In this document: positions 18,570 to 19,185 of the stretch, piece after piece | Position numbering within the stretch: the stretch's first letter is position 1 | Layout: every line of letters starts with the position of its first letter | NCBI GenBank assembly: GCA_963799485.1 | Contig: CAWCXJ010000011.1 | Span: 1 to 19,185 of the forward strand | Length of the DNA: 19,185 nt | Origin: an uncultured Trueperaceae bacterium | GTDB taxonomy: Bacteria > Deinococcota > Deinococci > Deinococcales > Trueperaceae | Direction of reading: 5' to 3' | Made by a program: the position numbers and the translations under genes | The notes under the pieces: generated by a model | What the model was told of the DNA's origin: nothing | Databases searched by the model: none | The model's input: only the letters and a program-made list of their open reading frames with translations

Positions 18570-19185
18570 ATGTCGTACCAAAGGCTAAAACAGTTCACTG
18601 AAGCTGAGAGACGGCGCGAGCTAACTAATGCATTTTTGGCGGAGCTAGAAGGGTTAGTTGTTGATTCGTTTTCGGAGACCATCTGGACATATGCAGTGGC
18701 TCGTGGTTTTTCCAAAAAGAGCACAGCCTATTTTGATAGACGTTTAGATGAGGGCTCAGTTGTAGCCCCTTCCGACGCACAAGACTACGCAGGCGAGTTT
18801 TTTGACTTTTGGAAAGAAGACCTTACCGTTTACGAAAGCCAGTCAGAAGGTCGCCAAAGTTCTGCAACTGCCCTCAAGTACATACCCAAAAAAAGAAAAG
18901 GCTCGTTGCAAAGCATCCTTTCCTATGCGACAATTCTGCCCTACATTGTGCAAGAACGAGAAACCCTTGTAGGAAGCAAAAACCCGTTGTGCGAAAATGA
19001 GGCACTCGAGTGGCTAGAGCTTGAGTCGGACGGCGAGGAACGCATAATGTGGCTGAACATCAGCTTCACTGTCACTGTATCCGAGGCGCGGGCACTGTCT
19101 CTACAAAAGTTCGGCGAGGCTGAGCCGACTCCGCATCAAACCGGGGTTTGGCTCTCACAGGTGCTGGGAGCTTGTGTTGATGGCA
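18570..19185 (+). CDS. Hypothetical protein, >205 aa, 3'-partial (not in ORF track)
   Basis: MSYQRLKQFTEAERRRELTNAFLAELEG.. is open to the window end. TAAGAT -10 lies 6 nt before the ATG. It is divergent from xis. Confidence 0.75.
   Translation, partial: MSYQRLKQFTEAERRRELTNAFLAELEGLVVDSFSETIWTYAVARGFSKKSTAYFDRRLDEGSVVAPSDAQDYAGEFFDFWKEDLTVYESQSEGRQSSATALKYIPKKRKGSLQSILSYATILPYIVQERETLVGSKNPLCENEALEWLELESDGEERIMWLNISFTVTVSEARALSLQKFGEAEPTPHQTGVWLSQVLGACVDG

Larger units (their letters stand above)
14407..19185. mobile_element. Integrated phage-satellite-like/integrative element (continues beyond window)
   Basis: A tyrosine integrase abuts the tRNA 3' end, followed by XRE, an AAA_25 Rep with iterons and an excisionase. 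No structural genes or second att site are in the window. Confidence 0.85.

Overview
GC-rich chromosomal window, probably from Deinococcota (Truepera/Deinococcus-like). This is inferred from the TmpR-like SDR, the XRE type and pervasive leaderless genes. It has three blocks. (1) 1-4796 is a nested IS graveyard: an IS630 interrupted by an intact ISL2-group IS5, a 5'-truncated IS1031-like IS5, a 3'-truncated IS21 istA and a frameshifted IS1595. Two of these transposases carry short in-frame palindromic insertions exactly at DDE catalytic motifs. (2) 4797-14406 is host backbone: gyrA, NUDIX plus TmpR-like SDR, two alpha/beta hydrolases, a small membrane protein plus GAF histidine kinase, a NUDIX pseudogene and tRNA-Pro/Gly/Arg. 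(3) 14407 to the end is a phage-satellite-like element at the 3' end of tRNA-Arg(TCT). It carries a tyrosine integrase with an N-terminal frameshift, an XRE repressor, and an 18-bp palindrome supplying both -35 boxes of a divergent promoter pair. It also carries a mini-operon with a very acidic micro-protein (anti-defence candidate), an AAA_25 helicase-wHTH Rep with embedded iterons, an excisionase and an open ORF running off the window.
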